DNA of 64,000 nucleotides from Acidobacteriota bacterium (lineage in GTDB: Bacteria > Acidobacteriota > Terriglobia > Terriglobales > Acidobacteriaceae), in assembly GCA_021790995.1 (NCBI GenBank), contig JAJYFA010000001.1, positions 5,520-69,519 of the forward strand, written 5' to 3'. Below the pieces are notes generated by a model that saw only the letters and a list, made by a program, of their open reading frames with translations, was not told where the DNA came from and searched no databases. Numbering within the stretch: position 1 is the first letter of the stretch; each line of letters starts with the position of its first letter. Shown in pieces: positions 9,108 through 18,490 of the stretch. Made by a program: the position numbers and the translations under genes.

Positions 9108-9994
9108 CCTGTCACCGCCTCCAGGACTTGCTTGTCAGTTGTCCGAAGGCCGCGCGGCTCCCGCGCGCGAGCTGCGATCCAGGGCTCAAGATCGGCCATC
9201 ATTGCGTCGAATTCCGCAAAGTCCAGGGATTGCTCGCCGTCGCTCCACGCTGTGTCAGGATCGGGATGCACCTCGACGATCAGCCCGTCGGCGCCGGCTG
9301 CCACGCCGATGCGCGCCAGAGCAGGAACCAGTGCGCGATGCCCGGCCGCATGGCTGGGATCGGCGATTACGGGGAGGTGCGTCACCTGCTTGAGCAGTGC
9401 GATGCCCGCCGCGTCAAAGGTGTTGCGCATGGCGGTTTCAAAGGTGCGAATGCCGCGTTCGCACAGAATGACCCAGGGATTGCCATAGTCCAGAACGACC
9501 TGTGCCGAATGCAGAAAGTCTGCGAGGGTCGCCACCATGCCGCGCTTGAGCAGGATCGGACGTCCGGACCGGGCAGCGGCTTCAAGCAGCGCGTAGTTCT
9601 CCATATTGCGCGAGCCGATCTGCAAAACATCGGAGTATTCGGCCACAAGCGCCACGTCTGTTTCCGACATCACCTCGGTCACAACCGCCAGCCCCGTGGC
9701 TTCGCGCGCGTGGGCGAGCAGCTTCAGCCCAGCCAGGCCCAGGCCCTGAAATGCATAGGGAGAACTGCGCGGCTTGAATGCGCCGCCGCGGAGCATTCGC
9801 GCTCCACCTCGGCGCACATGATGGGCCGTGGCCATGATCTGACCTTCCGTTTCCACCGAGCACGGCCCGGCGATAGTGATAAATTCATCTCCGCCCAGAA
9901 AAAAATCGCGCACCGGTACCCGCGTCCGCTGGTCGAATGCGCCCAGCAGAACATCGGGACTCTCAGCAAACTGCTGCCGCCGGCTTTCGCGCAC
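9104..9994 (-). CDS. aroF: 3-deoxy-7-phosphoheptulonate (DAHP) synthase, class I-beta
   Basis: 296 aa. Motifs [48 protein letters not shown] and ADPSHAAG are those of the DAHPS I-beta/KDO8PS family. Its stop overlaps the start of the HzsA-related gene (9104-9107). Confidence 0.9.
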   Translation of the reverse strand: MRESRRQQFAESPDVLLGAFDQRTRVPVRDFFLGGDEFITIAGPCSVETEGQIMATAHHVRRGGARMLRGGAFKPRSSPYAFQGLGLAGLKLLAHAREATGLAVVTEVMSETDVALVAEYSDVLQIGSRNMENYALLEAAARSGRPILLKRGMVATLADFLHSAQVVLDYGNPWVILCERGIRTFETAMRNTFDAAGIALLKQVTHLPVIADPSHAAGHRALVPALARIGVAAGADGLIVEVHPDPDTAWSDGEQSLDFAEFDAMMADLEPWIAARAREPRGLRTTDKQVLEAVTG

Positions 9995-10060
9995 GCAGAG
10001 AACTCCCTCCGACCTCCATCTCTATTGGGGAAGCGCCAGTTTAGCGTGATTGCGATCCCG

Positions 10061-10085
10061 GCGCCTCCACCGAAAGGTGGAGCGC
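10061..10085 (-). other. GC-rich stem-loop between the amidase stop and the aroF start
   Basis: gcgcctccacc-gaaa-ggtggagcgc forms an 11-bp stem with one bulge and a tetraloop, lying 5-29 nt downstream of the amidase stop at 10090. No U-tract follows on the minus strand, so it may be a processing or attenuating structure rather than a classic terminator. Confidence 0.3.
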
Positions 10086-10089
10086 TGAA

Positions 10090-11499
10090 TCAGGGAAACA
10101 CGATGGCAGGGGGACGGTACCCGAATGCGGCATCGACAACAGCGGCTATGCCCAGTGCTGTCTCGTCTTCAAAGGGCCGAGCCGCAATCTGCACGCCGAC
10201 AGGCAGACCCTCCGGCGAGCGGCCGACGGGGACCACCGCTGCCGGAGCGCCCAGTGTGTTGAACCACTGCGTATAGCGAACCGCATCAAGATAGGCAACA
10301 GAAGCGCCGTCGATCGTCCAGCGGCGCTCTCCGTGGCGGAATGCCGGAATAGCGGCTACCGGACACAGCAGGACCGGATACTCCTTCATCTCTGCAAGCA
10401 TCTTTGAGCGCAGCAGATCCATTTCGGCCCAGGCATTGAGCAGTTCCGCGGCCGTGAGCGAGCCTGAGGCTTCGGCGATCATCAGAAACTCGGTGAAGAT
10501 GGGGCTGAGCTGCTCGCGCCTGCCGCGAATCTCCGGCTCATAGAACATGGCCCCGCACTGCACAAAGAATGTCCACCAAAGCTTGCGCAACGGCTCGAGC
10601 GCGCGCGGCCGGAACGGTTCCACGCAAAAGCCGGCGCCGCGCAGCGCAGCCGCCGCGGCATTCACCGCGGCGCGCGTCTCTGGCGTTACAGGAACCAGGC
10701 CATCATCCTCGAAGAGGCCGATGCGCTGGGAGCGCAACTCATCCAGGCTGCGCTCTCGATACGGAAGCGGAGGACTTGCAGGATCGAGCGTGTCCTGGCC
10801 GCAGAGCGCGCGGAAGAGCAGCGTGACATCGGCAGCGGTGCGCGCCATGGGCCCGATGGCGCCGAGCGTGGAGAACGGCCCCACGCACGGCGGCAGATGG
10901 CCGCGCCCCGGAATCCGGCCTGGCGTGGGCTTGAGCGAGCAGATGCCCGTAAAGTGCGCCGGAACGCGCACCGACCCCCCGCTATCGCTGCCCAACCCGC
11001 CCGCCGACATCCCCGCGGCAATCGCCGCCGACTCGCCTCCGCTCGACCCGCCGGGCGAGCGATCCAGATCCCACGGGTTGTGGACGCGCCCATACAGCAG
11101 GTTCGCGGTTTCGTAGGCCATCAGGAATTCAGGGCAATTCGTCGTGCCCAGAATCAATGCTCCCGCCGCGCGCAGCCGCGCGACGACAACCGCGTCCTCG
11201 ACCGGCACATCGCCCTTGTGCAGCAGGCTGCCGATCTCACAGCGACAGCCCCTGGTCGCAATCGACGATTTGACCGTGACCGGCAGGCCGTGCAGCGGAC
11301 CACGTGGTTCCGGCGCCGCGTCGAGCCGCTGCGCCTCTTTGCGCACGCGGCCTGCGTCGAAGTCGGCGAAGACGTTCAGTTGCGGATTCAGCCGCTCGAT
11401 CTGGAGGATATGCGCTTCGGCCAGCTCGGTCACGGTAACTTGGCCTATGCGCACCAACTCGATCTGTTTCGTCGCCGGGGCCAGAACGAGATCGCTCAT
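10090..11499 (-). CDS. Amidase (amidase-signature family, GatA-like)
   Basis: 469 aa with the canonical AS signature GGSSGGESAAIAAGMSAGGLGSDSGGSVRVPA. Its start overlaps the upstream stop (11496-11499). Confidence 0.9.
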   Translation of the reverse strand: MSDLVLAPATKQIELVRIGQVTVTELAEAHILQIERLNPQLNVFADFDAGRVRKEAQRLDAAPEPRGPLHGLPVTVKSSIATRGCRCEIGSLLHKGDVPVEDAVVVARLRAAGALILGTTNCPEFLMAYETANLLYGRVHNPWDLDRSPGGSSGGESAAIAAGMSAGGLGSDSGGSVRVPAHFTGICSLKPTPGRIPGRGHLPPCVGPFSTLGAIGPMARTAADVTLLFRALCGQDTLDPASPPLPYRERSLDELRSQRIGLFEDDGLVPVTPETRAAVNAAAAALRGAGFCVEPFRPRALEPLRKLWWTFFVQCGAMFYEPEIRGRREQLSPIFTEFLMIAEASGSLTAAELLNAWAEMDLLRSKMLAEMKEYPVLLCPVAAIPAFRHGERRWTIDGASVAYLDAVRYTQWFNTLGAPAAVVPVGRSPEGLPVGVQIAARPFEDETALGIAAVVDAAFGYRPPAIVFP

Positions 11500-14400
11500 G
11501 GTTGCATGCCCTGTGTCGCGCTACGCGGCAGATCGCCGCTCGGCGTCGAGGGCAACGGCTGGTAGTCGAAGTAGTGCAAGCCCTCCGGATCACCTGAGTT
11601 GAAACGGTCGTTCCAGTTCAACCGGTAGTCGAGCTCTGCTGCACTGGCAGGGTGTTCTTCTTTGGGATAAGGGTAGGCGCTCATTCCATGGAATGGCATC
11701 TGCGCCACGGTAAATGGCGAGGCGTCCCACCAATCCATATCTTTCACGAATCCGTTGGCGTAGAAGAAGTAATCACGCTTCCAGTGCGCAGGCAACGAAG
11801 GCAGTGCAGACGCGTCGAACTCGGCCGCAATGCCTTCGCCGCTGCCGAAAATCGCAAACCGATTGTCGACGCCTTTGAGAAGCGAGGTGACATCGCCAAA
11901 GTGCGTATAGCTGCCGCGCTCACTCTGAAAAGGGCCCGTCAGGCTCACGAGGTTGTAGTCGTAGGTGAGATCGCCGGGGCTGGCGAGGTCGATCTCCTTC
12001 GGGTAGCCGCGGAAGTGCAGGGTCGCCGTAGCCAGCGGAACCTCGGTGGCGCGCGCTTCGGCGTTCGCGCTTTGATCAATCAGCGCCTGATCCCAGTAAA
12101 TTTGCAGGTTCGTCATCAGGCGGATACGGCGCGTGCCCGCGGGCAGCTTGCCGGTCAGGTCCATCACGATCGTCCGCTCCAGTCCGGCCGGGAATCCCGC
12201 ATCGCCCGTGACTCGCTTCCAGGTTCCGTCAGGCAGCGCGGCCTCGACATAGGGCGGAATCTCCTTGATGCCCGCCTGCCAGGCAGCATAGAGCGAGGTG
12301 GCGCTGAAGTAGTTTACGTAGCCGGTCATCAGCAGCCGCAGCGGAGCATGAGAATCGATCGCGCCCAGGTCAAGCGTGAGCGCGTGCAGATCGGCAAATC
12401 CGTCATAAGGAAGTGGATGAAAACCGCTCGCAAACACATGATCGCGGCGGCTGAGCTGGTCGAGCACGTCGCGCCCGTCGCCGTCCCAGGCGCCGATGGG
12501 CAACCGCACGCCCTTGCTGGCCACGACGCGGCCCGAGGCAAACGGCGGACTGTCGAGGAACCGCTCGTCGGGGTTTACCTCAACGTCCTCGGGATGGTCG
12601 ACCGCAACCATGCGGAGCTGGTCGATATAGTTCACCTCTTCCATGGGCTCCATGAAGCGCACACTGATCCTGCCGTTCACCAGCGCCACATCGCTGCCGT
12701 CCACCTTCACCCATTCGCCGGGATTGGGGATGTTGCGCCGTGTGGGCGTGAACCAGTGCCCAACCACGGCCGCACCGATCACGTCGGTAACGAATTCGTA
12801 ACGGCGCCCGTTCCACACAAACAGGACCGGGCAGGAGCTGCCCCGCCGGTCGGCCTCTTTCATCGCGATGACCTGCTGGTGCGGAAGATCGATCTCGTCT
12901 TGAAGCACGCCTGTGGGCCACAGGATGCGCAACAGATCGATTCCCGGCGCCTGTCCCAGACCCACAAGAATCTGCGGCGGCGCCTGCGTCCGATAGCCCG
13001 ACGCGCCCGCCAGTTCCCACTTCTGCCAGAGTCCGTCGGCAAACACTTCTACCTTTACGCCCAGTGCTGTCTTGTTGTCGGCCAGACCGCCCAGATCGAG
13101 GCGCACGAAGTGGTTCTTGTTGGCGCCCATATTGCGCAGCAGCACCGGCGGAGCATTTTTCTGAATCACGATCAAATCGGGCGCGCCATCGCCCACCACT
13201 TCAGCGGCAACCAGCCCGCGCGGCGCAGTGAGCCGTATGCGGTCAAAACCCAGCGCGTGGCTCACGTCTTCAAACGTGCCGTCGCCGCGATTGCGGAAGA
13301 CACGCACCCGCGGACCCGCTCTGGTCTGCACAATGGCCGCGAGATCAATCCATCCGTCGTTGTCGATATCGATGGGCGCGAGGCCCCAGCCGCGGGTAGC
13401 GCCCTTGAGCGGCAGCGCGACACGCTCGAAGCGCCGCCCGACTCCGTCCGGCCCTGCAACGTTGCGCCACAGCGTCAATCCCGGCGCGCCGCGATGCGTC
13501 ACGGCGATATCCATCCAGCCGTCTTTGTTGTAGTCGAGAACGGTAATGCCCTCGGTCGGCGGCAGCTGGGCGTCTTCGTAAAGCGGCTGCGCGGGATACT
13601 TGCCCTCGCGCGGGTTCACATAAATCACGGGCGCCGAACCGCTGCCTGTCACCGCCAGATCCACGGCCCGGTCGTTATTGAAGTCGGTCAGAATCGCCGC
13701 TTCAGTTTTGCCGCTTCCGCCCAAGCCCGTCGGTTCCGTTTGTTCAGTGAAGGTACCGTTGCCGTTGTTGCGCCACAACACGTCCGGCTCGCCGCCGGAC
13801 GGGAGCGGCGCTCCGGTCAGGAATAAATCGAGATCGCCGTCGTGGTCGTAATCCACAAAGGTGATGCCCGTGGGCCGGTTACGCGGCACAATGCCCGACC
13901 GCGCGGTGACATCCTGGAAATGTCCGTGCCCAAGGTTCCGAAACAGGAGCACGCGATCGTTCATGGCCACAGCCAGATCGTTGAGTCCATCGCTGTCAAA
14001 ATCGCCTACGGCGCATGCCGCAGCGTGGCCACTGGCCTTGAGCCCCGCTGCCTCGGCATCCCATTCGGAGAATTTTCCGCCGCCGGTATTGTGCAGCACG
14101 CGGATGGCCTGCTTGCCCGACTGCATCAACACCAGATCCATCTGGCCCGAACCGGTAGCGTCAATCATGCAGGCGCCGCCCGTGGTCGTGAATGCGGGTA
14201 CGGAGGCTGCTGCAATCAAAGGCTGCGCCACGAGCCGCACCGGGATCATCGCACGCTCAATTGTCTCTGGCTCTGCAACAGTATTGACTGTCGAATAGTG
14301 CCCTTGCTCTCCATAGGCCAACCCCAGCGCCGACGAGATCTTGGTGCTTGTCAGGTGTTGAAACCTCGCAAAGTGTTTCCTGGCATCCGGCGTGTCGCCC

Positions 14401-14933
14401 ATGCGTTGCAGAGAACGTGCCAGCGCGAACTCTGCCGATGCGTGCAGCGGGTTGATGGTTAGCACCTTTTCGTAGATCGGAACTGACTTGTCAAACTCCC
14501 GCATGGCCTGATAGCAGACGCCCTCAAAGTAAAGCGAGTCCGCGTCTCTTGGGTCAATGCTTGCCGCCTTCTGGAAGCTGGCCAGCGCGGCGGTAAAATC
14601 GGCGTCCGCATGTTGCGCGAGACCCAGGTTGTACCACGCCTGCGCACTATTGGGATCGAGTGTGATTGCCCGTTCGAGCGCCTTCCTGGCTCCGTCCAGC
14701 TTCTGCAGCGTGAGCAGCGCGATACCCTCGTTGATGGCGGCCTGCGCCAGGCTGGGATCTTTTTTGAACGCGGCGGCAAAATCGTCAGCCGCGCGCTGGG
14801 TAAACTGCTGGCTCATCAGCGCCACGCCGCGATTATTGAGGCGGATCGCTTCGCGATCGAAGCGCGGCTGCGCGCCGCAAAGCGCCGCAGCTCCTGACAT
14901 AGCGAGGAGTATCCATCCCCAGCCGCTTCTCAT
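11496..14933 (-). CDS. Large secreted TPR + FG-GAP/VCBS + ASPIC/UnbV (CRTAC1-type) protein with a ~447-aa uncharacterised C-terminal module, paralog 2
   Basis: I trimmed the track ORF (to 15164) to the ATG at 14933, giving signal peptide MRSGWGWILLAMSGAAALCGAQ; ATG 14969 is the alternative. It has N-terminal TPRs (AWYNLGLAQHADADFTAALASFQKAASIDPRDADS), FG-GAP repeats (GDFDSDGLNDLAV, DYDHDGDLDLFLTG, DIDNDGWIDLAAI) and an UnbV-like block (ALGVKVEVFADG..ASGYRTQ). The tail begins SSCPVLFVWNGRRYEFVTDVIG. Confidence 0.85.
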   Translation of the reverse strand: MRSGWGWILLAMSGAAALCGAQPRFDREAIRLNNRGVALMSQQFTQRAADDFAAAFKKDPSLAQAAINEGIALLTLQKLDGARKALERAITLDPNSAQAWYNLGLAQHADADFTAALASFQKAASIDPRDADSLYFEGVCYQAMREFDKSVPIYEKVLTINPLHASAEFALARSLQRMGDTPDARKHFARFQHLTSTKISSALGLAYGEQGHYSTVNTVAEPETIERAMIPVRLVAQPLIAAASVPAFTTTGGACMIDATGSGQMDLVLMQSGKQAIRVLHNTGGGKFSEWDAEAAGLKASGHAAACAVGDFDSDGLNDLAVAMNDRVLLFRNLGHGHFQDVTARSGIVPRNRPTGITFVDYDHDGDLDLFLTGAPLPSGGEPDVLWRNNGNGTFTEQTEPTGLGGSGKTEAAILTDFNNDRAVDLAVTGSGSAPVIYVNPREGKYPAQPLYEDAQLPPTEGITVLDYNKDGWMDIAVTHRGAPGLTLWRNVAGPDGVGRRFERVALPLKGATRGWGLAPIDIDNDGWIDLAAIVQTRAGPRVRVFRNRGDGTFEDVSHALGFDRIRLTAPRGLVAAEVVGDGAPDLIVIQKNAPPVLLRNMGANKNHFVRLDLGGLADNKTALGVKVEVFADGLWQKWELAGASGYRTQAPPQILVGLGQAPGIDLLRILWPTGVLQDEIDLPHQQVIAMKEADRRGSSCPVLFVWNGRRYEFVTDVIGAAVVGHWFTPTRRNIPNPGEWVKVDGSDVALVNGRISVRFMEPMEEVNYIDQLRMVAVDHPEDVEVNPDERFLDSPPFASGRVVASKGVRLPIGAWDGDGRDVLDQLSRRDHVFASGFHPLPYDGFADLHALTLDLGAIDSHAPLRLLMTGYVNYFSATSLYAAWQAGIKEIPPYVEAALPDGTWKRVTGDAGFPAGLERTIVMDLTGKLPAGTRRIRLMTNLQIYWDQALIDQSANAEARATEVPLATATLHFRGYPKEIDLASPGDLTYDYNLVSLTGPFQSERGSYTHFGDVTSLLKGVDNRFAIFGSGEGIAAEFDASALPSLPAHWKRDYFFYANGFVKDMDWWDASPFTVAQMPFHGMSAYPYPKEEHPASAAELDYRLNWNDRFNSGDPEGLHYFDYQPLPSTPSGDLPRSATQGMQP

Positions 14934-15004
14934 CGTCTTCACATTCACCTGAATACTTCTCCCTCGCATGGAACTCACCAGTATACGGAAACGCTCACCG
15001 TGCC

Positions 15005-16174
15005 ATGGCCGCGCCAGCGCAGGGCAAATGCGGCCACCGCGCGTCCGCAATTTATACTGCGGCTGTGGTTCCATCGCTCGATTGCATCGATTGGCGTGAT
15101 TTTCTTTGGCGTCCGCTCTTCTCGCAGCCATCGCCGCAGATTCTGGATTCTTTTGCGGATACACCGCTTCTCATCACTGGCGCAGGCGGCTCCATCGGTT
15201 CCGCGCTGGCGCTGCGCCTGGCGCGCACAGGCCCATCCCTCATGGTGCTGCTCGATGCCAGCGAAAACCATCTTCACCGGCTTCAGCAGGCGCTCGATGA
15301 AGCAGGCGCGGCGGCTTGCGCGGAGTTTGTCCTCGGCAGCGCCGGCGATCCGGCAACCCTTGATCAAATTTTCTTGGCGCACCGCCCGCGCATCGTCTAC
15401 CACGCTGCCGCGCATAAGCATGTTCCCTTGCTCGAACGGCAGCCGTTTGCCGCCATTGCCAACAACGTATTCGCGACGGAGCAGCTTCTCTCCGCCGCGA
15501 CACGGCATGGCGCGCGCGTGGTTTTACTTTCCACCGATAAAGCCGTTCAGCCCGCGTCTGTGATGGGAGCAACCAAAAGAGCCGCCGAAGAGATGGCGCT
15601 CGACAGCGATGGGATCGTGCTGCGGCTGGCGAATGTGCTGACCTCAAGCGGAGGCGTGACCGAAATCTTCGCGCGGCAGGCTCTGCGCGGCGATCCGTTG
15701 ACGGTCACCGATCCGGCGGCGCGCCGCTATTTCCTCACCATGGCGGAAGCCGTGAATCTTCTGCTCGCGGCAGGGCGCATCGCAATGAGCGACGGTTCAA
15801 ATGCGCTGCTGGTCCCGGATCTGGCAACCGACCACAGCATCGCTGAGCTGGCTGTCTTCATCGCGCATGTATTGGCTCCCGGCCGTGAACCCGCAGTCCA
15901 ATTCACCGGCCTGCGTCCCGGCGAAAAGCTCACGGAGCGGCTCCGGGACGACGGCGAGCGATTGAGCCAGGCAACGGACGGGCTGCTTACGATTCATTCG
16001 TCCCGCTCCAGTCCCTCTGACCTGGCAAACCGCCTCAGGTCACTGCGGACGGCCCACAGCCGGCGCGACCTTACCGCTGCGCTGGCGCAGCTCCGCGCGC
16101 TGGCTCCCGGTTTTCTTCCCAGCGAAACCGTGCAAGCCCTGACGCAAGAGAACGCTCAGTGGGTGAACGCATGA
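15005..16174 (+). CDS. CapD/PglF/WbpM-type nucleotide-sugar 4,6-dehydratase catalytic domain, lacking the N-terminal membrane domain
   Basis: 389 aa. The stretch IDWRDFLWRP...LLITGAGGSIGSALA...YHAAAHKHVPLLE...VLLSTDKAV.PASVMGATKRAAE is the long-type (TGAGGSIG) CapD family signature. Its stop overlaps the next start (ATGA at 16171-16174). Confidence 0.8.
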   Translation: MAAPAQGKCGHRASAIYTAAVVPSLDCIDWRDFLWRPLFSQPSPQILDSFADTPLLITGAGGSIGSALALRLARTGPSLMVLLDASENHLHRLQQALDEAGAAACAEFVLGSAGDPATLDQIFLAHRPRIVYHAAAHKHVPLLERQPFAAIANNVFATEQLLSAATRHGARVVLLSTDKAVQPASVMGATKRAAEEMALDSDGIVLRLANVLTSSGGVTEIFARQALRGDPLTVTDPAARRYFLTMAEAVNLLLAAGRIAMSDGSNALLVPDLATDHSIAELAVFIAHVLAPGREPAVQFTGLRPGEKLTERLRDDGERLSQATDGLLTIHSSRSSPSDLANRLRSLRTAHSRRDLTAALAQLRALAPGFLPSETVQALTQENAQWVNA

Positions 16175-17376
16175 GCGGCGTGTCCGCAACATCGGCAACG
16201 CGCCGCGTCGGTGTCGTAACCACGTCGCGAGCCGACTATAGCCATCTCTATTGGCCATTGCGCGAGCTTGCCACGTGCCCGCGGATCGAGCTGGGCGTCT
16301 TCGCGCTCGGGCCTCACCTGGCGCCGCGGTTCGGCAACACGGTGGCCGAAATCGAGCGCGATGGATTTCCGCTGAGGGCGCGCATCGAGTGCCTCCTCAA
16401 CTCCGACAGCGACACGGGCATGGCGAAGACCATCGGCGTGGCGATTCTTGGCCTCGCCGATGCGCTTACCGCATGGCGGCCCGATCTCCTGCTGCTCATC
16501 GCCGATCGCTACGAGATGCTCGCTCCGGCCGCAGCGGCGGTTGCGCTGCGCATCCCCATCGCCCACATCGAGGGCGGCGAAGTGAGCCAGGGCGCCATCG
16601 ACGACCAGGTGCGCAACGCTCTGACCAAGCTCGCGCACGTACACTTCACTTCGACAGAAACCGCGCGGCGCCGCGTGATCGCCATGGGGGAAGAGCCGTG
16701 GCGCGTGCATCGCGCTGGAGCGCCCTCGCTCGACCATCTGCGCCGCTCCACACTGCTCGATCGCGCGGCGCTGGAGACACGGCTCGGCATGCAATTTACG
16801 CACCCCACGATCATCGCCGCATGGCACCCCGTCACCATCCTGCGCGATACCAACGCCGAGGCCGACGCCTTTTTTGCTGCTCTCGAACAGGCGCCAGGGC
16901 AGTTGATTTTCGTTTATCCGAACTCCGACGCGGGAGGCCTCGCTCTCATCGAGCGGGCACATGCGCTTGCGGCGCGGCGCGCACACACCCATGTCTTCGT
17001 CAATCTCGATCCAATCGCTTACTGGAGCCTTCTTCGCCAGGCCGATGCGCTCATAGGAAATTCGTCGAGCGGCATTATGGAGGCGGCGTCCTTGGCATTG
17101 CCTGCGGTCAACGCCGGCATGCGCCAGCAGGGCCGCGAGCGTGCGCGCAATGTCATCGACGCGCCTGCCGAGCCTGCGGCAATCGTTGCGGCGCTTGAGC
17201 GCGCTCTCGATCCTGCGTTTCGCGCGAGCCTGGCCTGCATGGCCAATCCTTACGGCGATGGAACCGCGGCTGAAACGATCGCCCGCGTGCTGACGACAAT
17301 CCCGCTTGAAGGATTGCTCATCAAGCAGCCGGTACCTTTAGCGTGCGTTTCCGATACGCCCCAGGAGCAGCCATGA
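16171..17376 (+). CDS. neuC: UDP-N-acetylglucosamine 2-epimerase, hydrolysing type (NeuC/LegG-like)
   Basis: The ATG at 16171 overlaps the upstream TGA. The motifs VGVVTTSRADYSHLYWPL, IAHIEGGEVSQGAIDDQVRNALTKLAHVHF, FVYPNSDAGG and IGNSSSGIMEA are typical of NeuC-type epimerases. Confidence 0.8.
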   Translation: MSGVSATSATRRVGVVTTSRADYSHLYWPLRELATCPRIELGVFALGPHLAPRFGNTVAEIERDGFPLRARIECLLNSDSDTGMAKTIGVAILGLADALTAWRPDLLLLIADRYEMLAPAAAAVALRIPIAHIEGGEVSQGAIDDQVRNALTKLAHVHFTSTETARRRVIAMGEEPWRVHRAGAPSLDHLRRSTLLDRAALETRLGMQFTHPTIIAAWHPVTILRDTNAEADAFFAALEQAPGQLIFVYPNSDAGGLALIERAHALAARRAHTHVFVNLDPIAYWSLLRQADALIGNSSSGIMEAASLALPAVNAGMRQQGRERARNVIDAPAEPAAIVAALERALDPAFRASLACMANPYGDGTAAETIARVLTTIPLEGLLIKQPVPLACVSDTPQEQP

Positions 17377-18488
17377 GCGTGCGCATTCCTCTCTCCGCGC
17401 CCGATATTACCGAGGCCGAGATCGCGGCTGTCACCGCAGTCTTGCGCACGTCCCGCCTGAGCCTGGGCCCGGAGCTTGCGGCCTTTGAATCGGAATTGGC
17501 CGCTTATCACGGCGTAGAAGATGCGGTCGTCGTCAGCTCCGGCACAGCCGCACTGCATCTCGCGCTGCTCACGCTGGGCATTGGCGCTGGGGACGAAGTG
17601 ATTGTTCCCTCATTTGCCTTTGTGGCTGTGGCGAACACCGTGCTTCAAGCGGGCGCGCAGCCGGTCTTTGCGGAGATCGATCCGCTCACGCTCAATCTCG
17701 ATCCGGCGGCCGTGGAGCGGGCAATTGGCCCGCGCACACGCGCCATCATCGTCGTGCACACCTTCGGCGTACCTGCGGAGATGGATGCGCTTTGCGAGCT
17801 GGCGAGGAAGCATCGGCTTGCGCTCATCGAGGATGCTTGCGAGGCCATCGGCGCGCGCTTCAACGGGCGCAGAGCGGGCAGCTTCGGCGATCTCGCGGTC
17901 CTGGGTTTTTATCCCAACAAACAGATGACGACGGGCGAAGGTGGGGCTGTGCTCGCCCGCGATCCGGCATATGCCGCGCGTCTGCGCCGGCTCAGGAACC
18001 AGGGCCGCGACGCGGACGCCGATTGGCTCGACCACGCCGAACCGGGATATAACTACCGTCTTGCAGAACTGGCCTGCGCGCTGGGCCGCGTGCAACTGCG
18101 CCGGATCGACGAATTGCTGGCGCGGCGCAGAGAGGCAGCCGAGCGCTATAACACGCTGCTCGATGGAATCCGTGGACTGGAGCGCCCGCCGCTCGCGCTG
18201 GCGCGCCGTGAGATCAGTTGGTTTGTCTACGTGGTTCGCCTGCCTGAAGGCGTGGATCGCAGCCGTGTACAGGCCACGCTTGCGGAAAATGGCATCGCCT
18301 CAGGGCGCTATTTTGCGCCCATCCACCAGCAGCCGGCATGGCGCGCCCGCGGCGGCGCGGAGCATTTGCCGCTCACTGAAAGCATCGCGCGGCGCACTCT
18401 GGCGCTGCCCTTTTTCAACCGCGTCACAGACGAACAGCAGCAGGAGGTCGCGGCCGCGCTGCGCACGGCGATTGCGCGCGCCATGTAA
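17373..18488 (+). CDS. DegT/DnrJ/EryC1/StrS-family PLP-dependent sugar aminotransferase
   Basis: The ATG at 17373 overlaps the upstream TGA. IPLSAPDITEAEI, VSSGTAALHLALL and FYPNKQMTTGEGGAV (PLP lysine context) match the family. Confidence 0.9.
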   Translation: MSVRIPLSAPDITEAEIAAVTAVLRTSRLSLGPELAAFESELAAYHGVEDAVVVSSGTAALHLALLTLGIGAGDEVIVPSFAFVAVANTVLQAGAQPVFAEIDPLTLNLDPAAVERAIGPRTRAIIVVHTFGVPAEMDALCELARKHRLALIEDACEAIGARFNGRRAGSFGDLAVLGFYPNKQMTTGEGGAVLARDPAYAARLRRLRNQGRDADADWLDHAEPGYNYRLAELACALGRVQLRRIDELLARRREAAERYNTLLDGIRGLERPPLALARREISWFVYVVRLPEGVDRSRVQATLAENGIASGRYFAPIHQQPAWRARGGAEHLPLTESIARRTLALPFFNRVTDEQQQEVAAALRTAIARAM

Positions 18489-18490
18489 CG

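Noticed and set aside
11652-13826. Very long ORFs antisense to confident genes. Examples: 11652-13826 (724 aa), 26541-28007 (488 aa), 4833-6044, 24191-25336, 34107-35165, 42602-43615, 56494-57612, 60761-61654, 61751-62674, 62761-63849, 763-1575, 16156-16992, 20801-21775, 22048-22959, 36779-37711 and 38770-39537.
   Set aside because: These are typical high-GC shadow ORFs. They are Arg/Ala/Gly/His/Pro-rich, low in complexity and carry no recognisable motifs. Each lies fully opposite a gene with clear family signatures, signal peptides and operon-consistent boundaries.
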